Below, one piece after another: positions 39,671 to 54,266 of a stretch of 64,000 bases of DNA. A program made the position numbers and the translations under genes. Location: the NCBI RefSeq assembly GCF_006345805.1, contig NC_043015.1:3224001-3288000 (forward strand), in the 5' to 3' direction. Every line of letters begins with the position of its first letter. Positions within the stretch are counted from its first letter, which is position 1. The notes beneath the pieces were generated by a model. That model was not told the DNA's origin, did no database searches, and saw only the letters and a list, made by a program, of their open reading frames with translations. The stretch comes from Octopus sinensis. Taxonomy: Eukaryota.

Positions 39671-42600
39671 CAAAATACACTAGTCTGGTAAATTTATTGT
39701 ATTACGAACTCATTCTCAAATTCGCGAAACAGAATTTAAGAAGCGATGTTAACAGATATAAAGATAGAACTATACAGATAGTATATGTTAGATGAAAGCA
39801 AAGAAGGGATTTATCAGCGAGAAAAAATTAAAATATACTCATTTACATTTTTCTCCTACGCTGTATCCCACACACCTTTCGATGCATTCGTCACTATTTT
39901 ACAGCATTAAACATGATATTCTATTATTTGCGTGTGTGTGAGCACGCTTAGCCCTACGTAATTGAGATTCGAAACCGAATCTATACATTTTCTTTTACAC
40001 ACCTATTATCTCCAAGCTGGGAGATTAATGAAAACATCCGATCGCCTAAGACATGTCATAACTCTATACAACTGAGAATATATCTCTCTCTCGCCCACTC
40101 CGGTTAACGCATAATAGAGATCACACAACTCAATTCATGTCAGCCGTTAACCAGGAGCAATAGCCTCGATAGCAGCAGCTATGGAAAGGGACAATTCAAT
40201 TCATACATTGTTTCCTCTCTGTCTGTTGAACGCACAGCCACCAACTCATCGTTAATATTGTCACTCGCTATTATGTGTTTTTTTCCTAACCACACGGCAA
40301 ATGAAATTTTGAATATTCTTCCTTTCTTCTTCGATGTTGTTATTACACCGTTTCATCCTGTCTTCCACTATTTATATGTGGTGACACTTCGCATCTAACC
40401 ACAACATTTAATAACTCAGAAGTACTCTCACATTCGTCTGAAAGGTGAACAGGTATACGTTTCATGTAATACATCTAAACAATTACCCCTGATGTATAAT
40501 CAACATATAGTACTTTCTGGAAAGGGGAATATATATGTACATATATATTCACTTTTAAGCCACCATTCGCAAGGGACATTTTCCAAGAGGTCACCGATCA
40601 ATAATTGAAACATGAAATCGCATTATGCATGGAACCTAAATCACATTATTTCGAAAATAAGACTACTAACTATATTTCGAGTAAGTTCAGTCAATGCTCA
40701 TGGGATATACGTCGGCGTATAATGCAGTTATGATGCTAAACATATGACATGAAAACTCACTAATGAAGAATCTGTCACAATTTAGGATATAACAACGTAT
40801 ATCGCTACCAGTCATCGTACGGTGACAGGAAAAGCTTAATTCAGCTCGTAGTGTTCTCTACCTAGTGTCTGTAACTGTTGAGGAGATAACAACTCAGAAA
40901 TGCTAGTATCTCACAATTGAGATAGATGGCGCTGCGAGCTGCATCTAGGTGTATACACATTGTTGACAAGTGGGATATATTTTCTGTGACAAAACGCAAT
41001 GAGAAGTTTGTTCCCTTGTCCGAATGTGCATCACGCTTATTCGGATCCATAACATTTAAATGTAGCTCTTCACGGTTTAGCACTCTCCATTTGTAATGTA
41101 TGAAAAAAAAACTAGAATTTACGCGTCCGTAAGAAGTATGGAATTTTTTCCCTGATGTACCCTACTAATTGCTACCATATGTTCTATCAATTATAAAATG
41201 AGTGATAACCCACTTGTTTATCCCCATTTTATTCTGAGTTTCAACTGCCCATTCTTAATTATTTTTCTATTCAAACTTCAGAAGATATACACACTCTTAT
41301 GTAAATGCGAGTCATCAACAAAGTTAACTATCCAGCACTCAAGTCTTTGAATATATGAGAGCAGATTCATTGATTCATAGATTCGCAATATGTAAGTATA
41401 TATGAAGGAGCATGCTGGTATAATCGGAAGCACGTTCTGAAAATTACAGATTGGCATTTCGTTGGTTTTTACGTTTTCAGTTTAAACGCTGTCGTGGTTG
41501 GCTTAGACTTTCCTCCTTTCGGAGTCGATAAAATAGATAGCGGCTATGCACTGGGTTAGATTTAATCCACTTACTCCCTCCCTCGAAATTATAAGCCGTG
41601 TGTGAAACGTTTATCTTATAAAATATGTTTAAATTTGTACTAGGGGGAAACAGTACTTTATGAAGTACTTCTAAAGAAGGGTATGCACTTCATAATTTCT
41701 TAGTAAGGCTGGAAACCTAATGTAAAATAAATGCTATTCAAAATGTTACATGTGCAACATATTTCGTGAATAATATTTATGTCTATATCATTTATCATTT
41801 ATACGATTGTTGCTTGTTTATTCGTAAGTTGGTGTGCGTTTTTGTGATAATTTGCCCGTAAGTAACTTTGTTACGTTACATAGAACAGAAAGATAATATA
41901 TGCTATGGAAGTAATACCATGAATATCGTAAACGGCAGCAATTTTTTCTTTTTTTTCTATGAAAGAAAACAGAATAAGGAAAACTCAAATAAGAATTGTA
42001 ATAGATTATCATGAACACCAACGGCACGAAATTAAATACAAAAAAGGAATTGAAGATGTCGAAGAAACAAGAACACTTCAGAGAAACGCAAAATCAAAAG
42101 AATGTTGTAAAAGCGCGTATAAGAAAATCATGGACTAATATTGTTTCCAAAGACTTCAAACAAGAGAAAATATTTCCTCTTTAAAATAGAAAGGAAAAAA
42201 AATAATGAAAATTATTTGAAACATTTTCTTCGTAAGGTTCATGCTGCTCCCTCTTTTCATATATATGCCTGAAACGTCAATTTTTATATGCTTTACTTTT
42301 CACTTATTTCCCTTTCTTTATTTATATATTGAAAAATTATTTCTCTTTTTTTCTTGCTTCGATTGTTTGTTCGTTTTCTGTTTGATAGTGAAGACTATTA
42401 CTCTCGGTTGTAGAAACATTTATGGAGGCTATGATAATTTAACGGTGGTTGTTCATTCTTTACTTTTATTAAACTTTGAACAGAAACAACCAACACAATT
42501 TCTGTAGTAAAAATACCTATGAAAAAAAGCCAATGGAATTCATTCCACTCTTCAAGCCTTGAAATTCTTAATAACATGCAGACAAACACGGCAAAGACTG

Positions 42601-44749
42601 TTTAAAAAATATGTCTAAAAATATATATATATCAATGTCTAAAAATATATATATATCTCTTACATTATAGTTATGGGGTTTTTTAATTTATGGAAATTTT
42701 TTCTATTACGCTAAAGCATCTACATAGCGAAGACACATACAAAGTTTTGCCCGAAGTAATGTCTTCGGCATGCATTGTTGAATATTTCTGCAATATCACA
42801 GAAAAATCACTGGGCACAATGAACCATTTCCTTATATCTTAGGGACATTTTTTTATCTGATACATGATATGCATTCAGTATAGCTGTAAGAATAGTGAAT
42901 ACTGGTGGCACTATCTAAAACATATGCAAATGTGAATTAAACAATTTTATTTTTGCTGTCCGCAATGGATTTAGTAATCTAATTTGTATGCTAAAACGTC
43001 AATAGTCAATAGTCTTAGTAACTCAAGTACATACGTTTTGTTAAATTTTTACATAATTATTCATCGATCTGAAACATTGAAATGAATTTTAATAAATTTG
43101 ATACAATAAACATTACCACTGTCTTTCTTACATATTATTTTCCTTTCGAAAAATTCTATTAATTTCTATTCCTGGTTATTTTCCTCCATTTTTATCTTCA
43201 AATCAGTTCTTTCCCGATAATCATGTGTGTTTGCAATGATAGGTTGACTTTTATAATCCCACTCGGGATATAATAATAAATGCACTACACCTTGTTCGTC
43301 ATGATCTTATTTTTATTATCATATCCGCTTTTATGACGATCCTTGCCTTACTTCAGTCACATATCTCCGAAGTATCTTGTTGCATTTCTCAACAGGGAAG
43401 TCGTGTATCGATTCATATTATTATAAATTATATCATTTTGTTTCAAAACTATTTAGATTTAATTACTTCTTAAACAATTTATATATTTTAAAACATTTTT
43501 GAAACAAACGACAACTCACTTCAAATTTCTTGCTTGTCACTCTGCTCTCCGAACCCCTAGATGTCTGTATTCTTTCATTGATGCCAATATTTGCTCCTCT
43601 CGTATCTTTCATGTCAACACTTCTATCTTTCTTAAACATTAAAAGACTCGTTTAAGATATTCTTCCTTGAATTTCAAATGATAACTATTTGCATTCACGA
43701 AAGCATAACCCAATGAAATTGTGTCTCGTAAAAATTATGTATTGCTTTTCAAGCAAAATCATTTATTTACCATAGAGAAACTATTTCAAAGAATGTCTTC
43801 TACAAGCGTCTACGTCACTCGTAAGGGCAATGTTTCTTTTTATTTGATGGCACGACGTATTCCTTGTCCCCAACCACCACTTCCGCTTTCTCCGATGTAA
43901 TGGAAACTATTTTTTTTTATAGCATTGCAATTTCATCTCATTTTAAGATAATACACCGTTGTTGCTGATGTATCGATTTACTGTGCCTAGAGAGATTAAT
44001 ATCAAATCTTTCTCACCATACATCATGAGCCCATCCAATGTTCTGACACGAGGATTAGATTTAACATGTGTTTCCTTATCGGGGAATACTTTCAACTGGT
44101 TATCTCAACATTTCTCTCTATCTAATTCTCTGTCTCTGTCTGTCTGGCTGTCTCTCTCTCTCTATATCTATTTGTCTATCTCTTATGCTCAGATAATTCC
44201 GGCACTTAGAAACAGTGTATTCACTAATTATATTGTTCCTAGAATTTTTTGTGGGGCTTGTGTTGTAATCAGTGAATTTTCTACCTCTGTCATCGTGTCA
44301 CTTGATTATCTGTTAGTAAAGACCCCTAGGTGTCCGTCCCTACGGTATTATAATAAATTAGTACCCTGCTCTGTATCACAGGTACAATATTTATCTATAA
44401 CTACTTAAGAATGACAAGTGCCCTACCACACTTGAAACATTTTGTGTGTGTGCGGAGGTCATTGGACCTTATAAGCTTATAGGCTCCACTCAAATTCCGC
44501 AACATTTATGTCCCCATAATTTAATGCGGTAGTATTCTTAGCGCACTTTCCCTCAACATGTGGTCTCCGTCGACATCTTCTTACGACACCTACGTTAGTT
44601 TTTAACTCATTCCTAGCAGATAACTAATGTAGACAAGTGTTATTTCTGCTTCCAGAAACTTGACCTTGGATATTCATATATTGTATAATGTGATACGATG
44701 AGGTCCCCATTCATCATTCAGCATTTATATTGTAGTAGAATGTGTTTCT

Positions 44750-45165
44750 AAGGCGGCGAGCTGGCAGAAACTTTAGCACACTGGGCAAATGCTTAGCGGT
44801 ATTTCGTCTGCCGCTACGTTTTGAGTTCAAATTCCGCAGAGGTCGACTTTGCCTTTCATCCTTTTGGGGTCGATTAAATAAGTACCTATTACGCACTGAA
44901 GTCGATATAATTGACTTAATCCGTTTGTCCTTGCTTGACCCTCTGTGTATAGCTCCTTGTGGGCAATAAAGAAATATGTATTTCGTCTGCCGCTACGTTC
45001 AGAGTTCAAATTCCGCCGAGGGCAACTTAGACTTACATCCATTCGCTGTCGCTTAAATAAGTACCAGTTACGCACTGGGGTCGATGTAATCGACTTAATC
45101 CCTTTCTCTGGTGGTCTTGTTTGTCCACTCCATGTTTAGCCCCTTGTGGGTAGTATAGAAATAAG
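44750..45165 (+). mobile_element. tRNA-derived SINE, dimeric family
   Basis: AGGCGGCGAGCTGGCAGAAAC head; two GAGTTCAAATTCCGC..GAGG blocks at about 44822 and 45001. Confidence 0.88.
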
Positions 45166-45884
45166 GAAGTGTTTCTAGTTACAGAGACTAAGTATTATTC
45201 TTTCATTCCCGATCTTCGATGGTACGATCCGGAAGAATAGTATTCTCCATTGTTCCATATGTTTACTGGGAATTTCATTGATTTATCAGCTACTTCATAT
45301 TGACAGTTTTTGATGGGTGACAAAGCAACCGAACGTTATTCGTCTTCAATTCAATACATTATTGTTGAGCACTCATGGATCGTAATGAAGTCATTTATTT
45401 GGTTGCACTATATCTATATTATCCTTTGTGTATATCTTATGAGAAGAAAATGTATTTTTCTGCTTGGATTTTTGTCACAAAAATTCGTTTGTTGAAAGCT
45501 TTGGGTTCTGTTTTTGTATACTGTCTGTAGGGCGTATTTTATTTCATTCACGACTGTGTATGCAACTCGGAAATGAGAAAAAGACACAAACTGATGCAAA
45601 ATAAAAGCAAACCTTCCTATGTTTATTTCAGTAAGAAACAAAACACGACAGGTTTAGAATATTTTTCTTGCAAAGTAATACATAATTTTAAGAGAAAAAA
45701 AGTCATTCACAGACTTTTGTTAAATTCAAAGCTTTTGGAACTCGAAAAGAAACATGTCTCGTTTATTCGATAAACAGCGATAAGTAAAACAACGAGAAAC
45801 ACAGACATCGGCAACACAAAAACAAAAAAAAAGAAATAGAGCAGCAGCTGCAGGAACAACAATATGAACAACAACAATAATAGT

Positions 45885-46007
45885 AAAAGAAGGAGTAGAA
45901 GAAAAGGAAGAAGAGCGGATGAGGAGGAAGGCAAAGAAGGAGAAGAATAAGGAGAAGAAGAAGCTGGAGGAGGAGGGGAAGATGGAGAATAATAATAATA
46001 ATAATAA

Positions 46008-46038
<31 letters not shown>

Positions 46039-46262
46039 AAGAAGAAAAAGAAGAAGAATGAGAAGAAGAGGAAATAAGAAGCAGGAGAAGAAGAAGGAGG
46101 ATGAGAAGGAGGAGGAGTAGAAGAAGGAGAAGGAGAAGGAGGGTGAGAAGAAGAAGAAGAAGAAGGAGTAGTAGTAGTAGTAGTAGTAGTAGAAGAAGAA
46201 GAAGAGAAGAAGAAGAAGAAGAAGAAGAAGAAGAAGAAGAAGAAGAAGAAGAAGAAGAAGAA
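45885..46262. repeat. Compound (GAA)/(GGA)/(AAT)/(GTA) low-complexity tract
   Basis: Direct reading; source of the poly-S/L/F ORFs. Confidence 0.95.
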
Positions 46263-46606
46263 ACAGAAATATATGAATGAAGGAATGAAACAATGGGTGA
46301 GTGAATGAATGGAAGAATGAGTGAATGATGGAAATGTACGAAAAACCGAATGACAACACTGGATGGAAGAATATCAGATATCATTATAGAAAACAAAACA
46401 AAGGAACTATCACAGATCATACTCTTTGCTCGTTTTTATATTAGCGGATTTGGTGTCAGAATGAAGCGAGGAAGCTAGATCCTGATATTATTAATGTGGT
46501 CGATGGTGCAAAAGCTAGAACAACAAAAATGATTGTGAAGTGACGGAAAGGAATTGGAATTGATACACATGTGGTGGATATGCAGAACTGTAGCATCTTA
46601 TATTCT

Positions 46607-46649
<43 letters not shown>

Positions 46650-46689
46650 TAATAATAATAATAATGATAATAATAATAATAATAATAAG

Positions 46690-47930
46690 CCAGTTAATCA
46701 TAATGGAAATGCAGTATGGTTAAAGGAAGTGATGGGAGCAATAGTGAGTGAGAAGCAGCCAGATCTTAGATTAATTAATGCATTGAAAGGCCCAGGACCA
46801 GATTTAGTTCAAGCAGATGGCTAAATAAATTCAGTAGTTTACATAGGAGGCTGAGAGAACAACTTGAAGATTGCCTTAATGGAGGAATAATACAAGATTG
46901 GATGACAATAAAAATCATAAAAGATGAGAGCAAGGGTAATGAAACCAGCATTTATAGACCAACCACTTGCTTATCAATATTGTGAAAGCTGTTAAAAGGA
47001 ATGCTAAATCTCGTTAAAAACCATGAAAGACGTAACAAGTTTCATTCTGGAAAGGAGGGAGTCATATTTGCAAGGGAGTAACTACATAATACCCAGTTTT
47101 AACAGCATTTGGGAAGTGCGGCAACTGTAGTTACGAAGAAGGTGAACTCAAGAGCAAAGAAAAATTCCATTGAACAAATTAGCTGATGTGTAGAAACAAA
47201 ATTCTCTGCATGGCAAATATGTCACCCGAAGCAAACAAGCTGATGTACACCAGAAGCACACCCATCAGTGGCAATGGAGCTAAGGGCTAAAAGCAGTGGG
47301 TGAAGGATTTAACTTGGCTGCTCCGTATTAGATTTTATTGACATGAAACTATCAAGCCAAAGTGATAAAAAAATGGTGTAGACCAAAAGTGCCGATACTG
47401 CAACGATGGGATAGAAACAGTCGACCAAATAATCTCTGGATGTAAGATTTTAGTACCTGTAGAGTACTAATCAAGACATCTCGATTTGGCCAATATCTAC
47501 ATTGAACAATGTAGCGTGTCGGCATAGTATACGCTCCACATGGTACACGGTCCACTCTCATGTTGCAACTGAAGGAGAACATGTCAGTATGTACAGACCC
47601 CGAACCATCAAGGCAAATAAATCAGATATCGTTTTGAAAGACAGAAGCAATAACATCTGGTTAATGACTCACAAGCGCACACCCTGTGACCATAATATCT
47701 TGGCAAAACAATATGATAATAGAAAATATATGGAATTGCTAATCAAAATCGGAAAGATGTGGCATCTCAAGACGGTTGCAATACCAGTGATACTAGGTGC
47801 ACTACGAAGGATCAAAAATGCAACTGAACGTTATTTAAGAATGATCCTCAGCTTACCATCGATGCGGAACATGCAAAAGATTGTATTAACTTGTACGTCA
47901 CATGTATTGAGAACATCATTGTCTCTGTGA
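46690..47930 (+). mobile_element. Older R4/Dong-like LINE relic directly after (AAT)n
   Basis: Interrupted frames KGPGPDLVQ, IIKDESKGNETSIYRPTTCLSIL (RT N-terminus), HGKY..GLKAVGEG, KCRYCNDGIETVDQIISGC (zinc knuckle) and KANKSDIVL..KYMEL..WHLKTVAIPVILGAL..MQKIVLTCTSHVLR (RLE). Most of the RT core is missing. Confidence 0.88.
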
Positions 47931-48304
47931 ATTTTCTTTCCTTTTTCCTGCTTTATTTCTTGTTTACTTTTCTATATATCTGTAATTTTCTTTTTTTTTT
48001 TTGTCTTCTATTTTTTCTCTATCACATGACTGTAAATTAACAATCCGGTGTGTTTGCTTTATTGGCGGCCAATGTATACAGTAGGTTTCTCTTCCCTAGG
48101 TACCAGGAAAAAAATAGACAAGAAATGGAAACAGGATTGAAAGATGCTAATGATGATGATGATGGCGGAGAGGATGATGGTGAGGATGATGATGATGATG
48201 AGAGGAAGAAGTAGAGGAAGAAGAAGGAGGAGAAGAAAAGAAGGTGGAGGAAGAGGGGGCGAATAGCTGTTCCCGGACACCGCAAATCTCAGCATAATTG
48301 AAAT

Positions 48305-48570
48305 ATGTTGATGATGATGATGATGATTATGATGACGACCACGACGATGTTGATTATGAAAAGAAGAAGGAGGAGGATGAGGGGGGAAGAAGAAGAAGAA
48401 GAACAAGAAGAAGAAGAACAAGAAGAAGAAGAAGAAGACGAAGAAGAAGAAGAAGAAGAAGAAGAAGAAGAAGAAGAAGAAGAAGAAGAAGAAGAAGAAG
48501 AAGAAGAAGAAGAAGAAGAAGAGAAGAAGAAGAAGAAGAAGAAGAAGAAGAGGAAGGAGAAGAAGAAGCA
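48305..48570. repeat. (GAT)n then (GAA)n microsatellite
   Basis: Direct reading; source of the poly-E/R/K ORFs. Confidence 0.97.
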
Positions 48571-49109
48571 GAGTGCCCAGACTACGCAAACCTCTGCCGA
48601 AGCAACACAAAAAATTTCATTTTCGATTGTTACAGATACACTATCACACTATACTTGAAATTAACAGAATAAAAATAAATATTTAAATGAGCTCTCTACT
48701 GCTGTATGATACTATCATATTGCAAATATTATTTTAACCTTTAACCTCTTGAGGCTGAACATTATTTAGGGTGTTTATTAATAAAATAATGATTATCAAT
48801 GTAAGATTAATTATTTAATTAATTACGCTATAATTATTTTATTGATTGGTATAGGATTTAGACAACAAAGTATATTTTAATATATATAGAAGCATAATAG
48901 CAGTAACAATGACTTATCGATATATCAGCGCTATACGTCATCATATTTCAAGTAATGTGTACACTATTAAAACATATAATAAAATAAACAGATAATTTGC
49001 TTTAAGATAAGGTGTGAAAATTATATATATTTTTTTTTAATGAGATACTCGCTTTAATTCTGATATAATCTTGGCTAGAAATAAGTCGTCATCAGTCTGT
49101 ATTCAGAAT

Positions 49110-49282
49110 AATGATGATGATGATGATGATGATGATGATTATGATGATGGTGATGATGATGATGATGATGATGATGATAATAATAATAATAATATAATAA
49201 TAATAATAATAATAATGATCATAATAATAATAATGATAATATAATAATAATGGTAATGATAATAATAATAATAAGAAGAAGA

Positions 49283-49324
<42 letters not shown>

Positions 49325-49389
49325 GTCATTATGATGATGATGATCATGACGACGACTATGATAATAATAATAATAATAATAATAATAAT

Positions 49390-49440
<51 letters not shown>

Positions 49441-49545
49441 TATTATTATTATTATTCTTATTATGGTAATGGTGATGGTGGTGATGATAATGACAATGGT
49501 GATGATGATGATGATGATGATAATAATAATAATCGCCATTATTAT
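49110..49545. repeat. Compound (GAT)n/(AAT)n/(ATT)n tract
   Basis: Direct reading. Confidence 0.96.
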
Positions 49546-50507
49546 CATAGATTTTGTTCGGATGTGTTTACATTGGCTTATATTTTGTTTGGGAAAAAAT
49601 ATTTACCGTAAATCTGTTGCTTAGTATAATGTTAAGTATCCCATGTTAACTTTAGTGAAGGGGAACCCGTCACATTATGCCTTAAGCTTTCTGCTATCTC
49701 TCATCCGTCCTTTTTTTAGCACAGTGAAGTTGATATTACGCCGCTTTCAGTTTCATTAGAAAGTGATGATAGGAGAATAACGACAACAAAAAACACAAAC
49801 ACAACAACATCATTACCATCACAAATGCAAGCAAAAGCAATTGTCCGTACATGGAAGTGACAGGAGAAGGCTAGTTCATATTCTAACAAAGGAGATTAGC
49901 AGAATCGAGGGCGGCGGGAAAATGGCAGCACTAAAAACAAAAACGAGTGTTCGCAAAAGAAACCATAGTAGCCATGGCAGCAGTACCATCGGTAGCATTT
50001 ACAGAAGTTTAGGCAGCCCCATCAGTCATAGGAGGCAGCAACTGTGTCGGCAGCACCCGCGGTCACTGCTGCGAGGGTACCAGCGATATCACTGCAGTAG
50101 CACTCGGGGCAGCGCCAACATCAATAGCGATAGCAAAAGGAACGGAAGCAACAGAAATAGCGTGAGAAGCAAAATCACTTAACACATAACTAAGAACAAC
50201 ACTCGTCAACTTTCTTTCTCTACCGTGGTAACCACTCAAACCTTTAATAATCTCTCCTGCAAGAATAAACAATCAAATTTACAAGATGCAACTAGATTTG
50301 AGAAATTTGATTGAAGAACTGGGATTGCCCACATTCCTGAATCTCTAAGATCATCATCTGACGAATCAATATCTTTCAACTGCGTCAGCCTTAAACTTAG
50401 ATTATAAAATGGCAAGTGCACACAAATAGAAATGACCCTCTATTAGATATTAAAGATTAAGTCCAATATGTCATGTCTTCGCTTGTACTCTTTCTGCACA
50501 CGACTTC

Positions 50508-50680
<173 letters not shown>

Positions 50681-53307
50681 CAGTAGCAGCAGCCGCACCT
50701 GCAGATTCATATGATCAACGTGGTTATATAGTCTTAATATTTACGCTTTGAAGCATCATCAACAAAATTCTGTTATTATCAAGGAATACAATACGAGGTT
50801 GTATTTGTGCATGCCTCTCGTCCGTCATTACGCACTCCCATACTCGTGTATATTTGCAATGAATTATCTTTTTTTCTTGTGAAATAGTTATGTCTCCGTG
50901 CATATCACTTTGCTGGTAGCTTACCGCATACTCTTAGGTAACGCTCAATATCTTTGTCTCCTTAACCACCGATCTGCTTTTCCTCTCTGCTATTTATCAA
51001 ATGTTACCTTTTCCCGATGGTTTAATCGTGAGCTGCACCAAAAAGATTTTCAGTGTCTTACTCTGGAAGCTATCAGACGTTATATGATTTGATTATTTCA
51101 TAAATTGGTCATATGTATCTGCTTAACATTCTTACTATTTGACTTAGTTTTATACCTTTTATTAATGTTTCAGAAGTCTATCATTTCATCGATATTTTTT
51201 CTGCATGCATTTTCAAATCCAATTCAGTATCATTGAGGGTGTTTTCTGATGAAAACACATATTTCCAAACCCTTCACATAATAATTTGTTTCTTGTTATT
51301 TTAATAATGTTTCAATTTCTGATATGGTGGTGTGCATTTAAAGTCGGTAGCACGCCGAATAGATTACTTCGCAGTATTTCGTCTCTGGTTCTTCACAGAG
51401 AACAACTTCCGACACGGTCGACTCATCCGTTCGGGTGCAATAAAATAATTAACAGCTGAACGCTGGTGACGAATTTATCCCACACAGCACCGCAATCTGT
51501 CCTGGCTTTTGTCCATAGTAGAATTGATTATCATCCAAAGTAGGAGAAATAGTAGTGGTAATATACGTGGTAGTGTTTTAAATAATTCCTGTTTTCTGTT
51601 GTTTAAATATATATGAGCGCTTCGTGAATGTTTCAGACTAAATACAAACGAAATACAAATTTTCCCAGACTATATACAGCTTTCCTCTTTCAGAACCGAT
51701 TAAATCCAAACGATTCGATTTTTATCGCACTTAATTAATAGATAGTCGCATTTAATAGATGCTATTTTCAATCTACATCTTCGTTATATATCATTATTAG
51801 TAATTTCCGTGAATATACAATTTTATGGTATCCCATGTGTTGATAAGAAATGTATTAAAACCTACAATTAAAGCTTACAATGAATTGAATTGCCATTTAA
51901 TATCTGTTCAAAATGAACAGAAAATTGTACTAAGAATATGTTTATACATCTGATTCGTGATGAATAATCCTGTCCTGAAACATATATTTTTATTCTTAGT
52001 GATGATCGTCATTTGCTGATTAAACACACACACTATTTTTTTTATTTTCATTTTAGCTTTATCATAATTAGTTTCAGCAGTTGTTCTCCAAGTTATTTCA
52101 TCACAGTTACTGAGACGTCTTCAGCGATTTCTACCCACGTATTTCCCCTCTTATGCCTATTTCATTTCTTATTTGAAAATAATAGTTGCATTATTATGAA
52201 TAGTTTCCGAATAGGCTCTGAGAGAACTGCGTACAACATGGAATTCTGGACGGCAAGCGATTCTATTTTAAGGCTGTCGCTGGTCCTGAAGCAAGTCTAT
52301 TGCTGGTCCGTATACTATCGCTACGAAATGAAACGACATCTGTTATGTATTCAAAAGAGCACCTTTTCGCACGCATTTAAAATCGAAAGCATCCTTAAGT
52401 TACACGGATTCTGACATTTCTTCTCTATATCTATTCTCTAGAGTCTCAAAATCAGAAAAATAGGAGCGCATATCGCCTGGCATAATTAAACTACCATGTA
52501 AAATTGGCATCTAGTGCACCGGACAAGGATAGATGACACATTCATATTTATGAATTTAATATATTTTATTTCTCGTAATGAAAAACTGCATGTGCGTAAG
52601 GCGGGTAATTACTTGTGATTTTTATGCCAATTGGTAAATGTATTTAATTAGACTTTGTAATAAAAAAGAAATCTGTAATCGAACAATTTCCATAGCAGGT
52701 AACATAGACAATTTATATGCACCATATAACGCTACAGATAACCTAAAAGGGACAAAAAAACCTAAAGATGGAAAACAGAAAAATATGAGTTCAGGAAAAT
52801 GATATAAATAACAATTCTCTAAATGTAAATGAATGCATAATAATGGGCATTCATAAATACATAAATAATTCAACGGATAACAAAATGTAAGTTTTCAAAA
52901 GAATAAAAGAATTAGACGATCTATTTACTGGGAATATTGTACAAATATATAGAGGAATGGAACGTGACAATAGACACAAAGTGGCAGGCAAAATAAGAAA
53001 AAAAAGTCGGCAATGTAAAAATGCAGAGGAGAGAGTAGAGAAAACTGGAGCGGTGAACATAGACGTGATGAGCGCGGGTGAAAAGAAAAAAAATTAATCA
53101 ATACCGCACTTGTTGACATGAGATATAATTTATTTTGATTACTTTCATATGGAATTACCCATTAAGAGAATATCTCCAATTTCATAGATGACATTAAAGG
53201 GTAGATATGAGTACACTTCAAATCAATATTGCAACAATTCGATATGTATGTATATATATTGATATATGTATATATATATATAATATATATATATTATATA
53301 TATATAT

Positions 53308-53346
<39 letters not shown>

Positions 53347-53352
53347 GAATAC

Positions 53353-53406
<54 letters not shown>

Positions 53407-53423
53407 TGTATATATATATGTAT

Positions 53424-53477
<54 letters not shown>

Positions 53478-53484
53478 CATATTC

Positions 53485-53517
<33 letters not shown>

Positions 53518-54175
53518 TATTTACATTTATATGTGTGTATATATGGGCGTATGCATACACTTAGACGCATACTTTTGTGTAGCCTACAGTATAGAGGTAT
53601 AATTATACTTATATTTTTACACACACACAAACACACACACACACGAGATGCGTTTATATATATGTAACGCGAGAAAATATAAGGTGAAATGAACATAGGT
53701 ATTCTGCATACGAACAATCTAACGGGCATTCTTTTCGTTTTATAGCGTTTATTGACGCATGATTTCTTTTTTTTTTAATTGTTCATTGCATCTTTTTAAA
53801 AGTTATTCATTGAAATTTTGAAAATATATATCATTTACAGAACGTAAGATACGATTGGTTGAGATTATCCGTATGTGGTCGTGGCATCAGTCATCCACAC
53901 CCCCACGCAGAATTAATCATTTGTGTTCGTCGAAAGATTTTCTAAACTTTTCAAATGTATAAATCCCAGTAGATTTTCAGATATTAAATGCATATTTTAC
54001 CGATGCGAGAAAACATGCTGCGCATCAGGGTTCATCAACATCATCACCATGATCACCATCAGCGTCAGCATCATCATCGTCATCATCTTCGTGGTCGTCG
54101 TCGTCATCATGATCATCAACGCCATCAATGTCATCAACAGTATCATAATCATCATCATCATGTAATTATTATTAC

Positions 54176-54263
<88 letters not shown>

Positions 54264-54266
<3 letters not shown>

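Noticed and set aside
49841-50182. GC-richer ORF and Ala/Thr-rich frames
   Set aside because: Decayed (GCA)-type low complexity with stops in the Ala-rich frame and no recognisable domain.
52095-52130. Minus-strand CTGAAGA-hairpin-GAAA
   Set aside because: No helix III or helix I partner follows.
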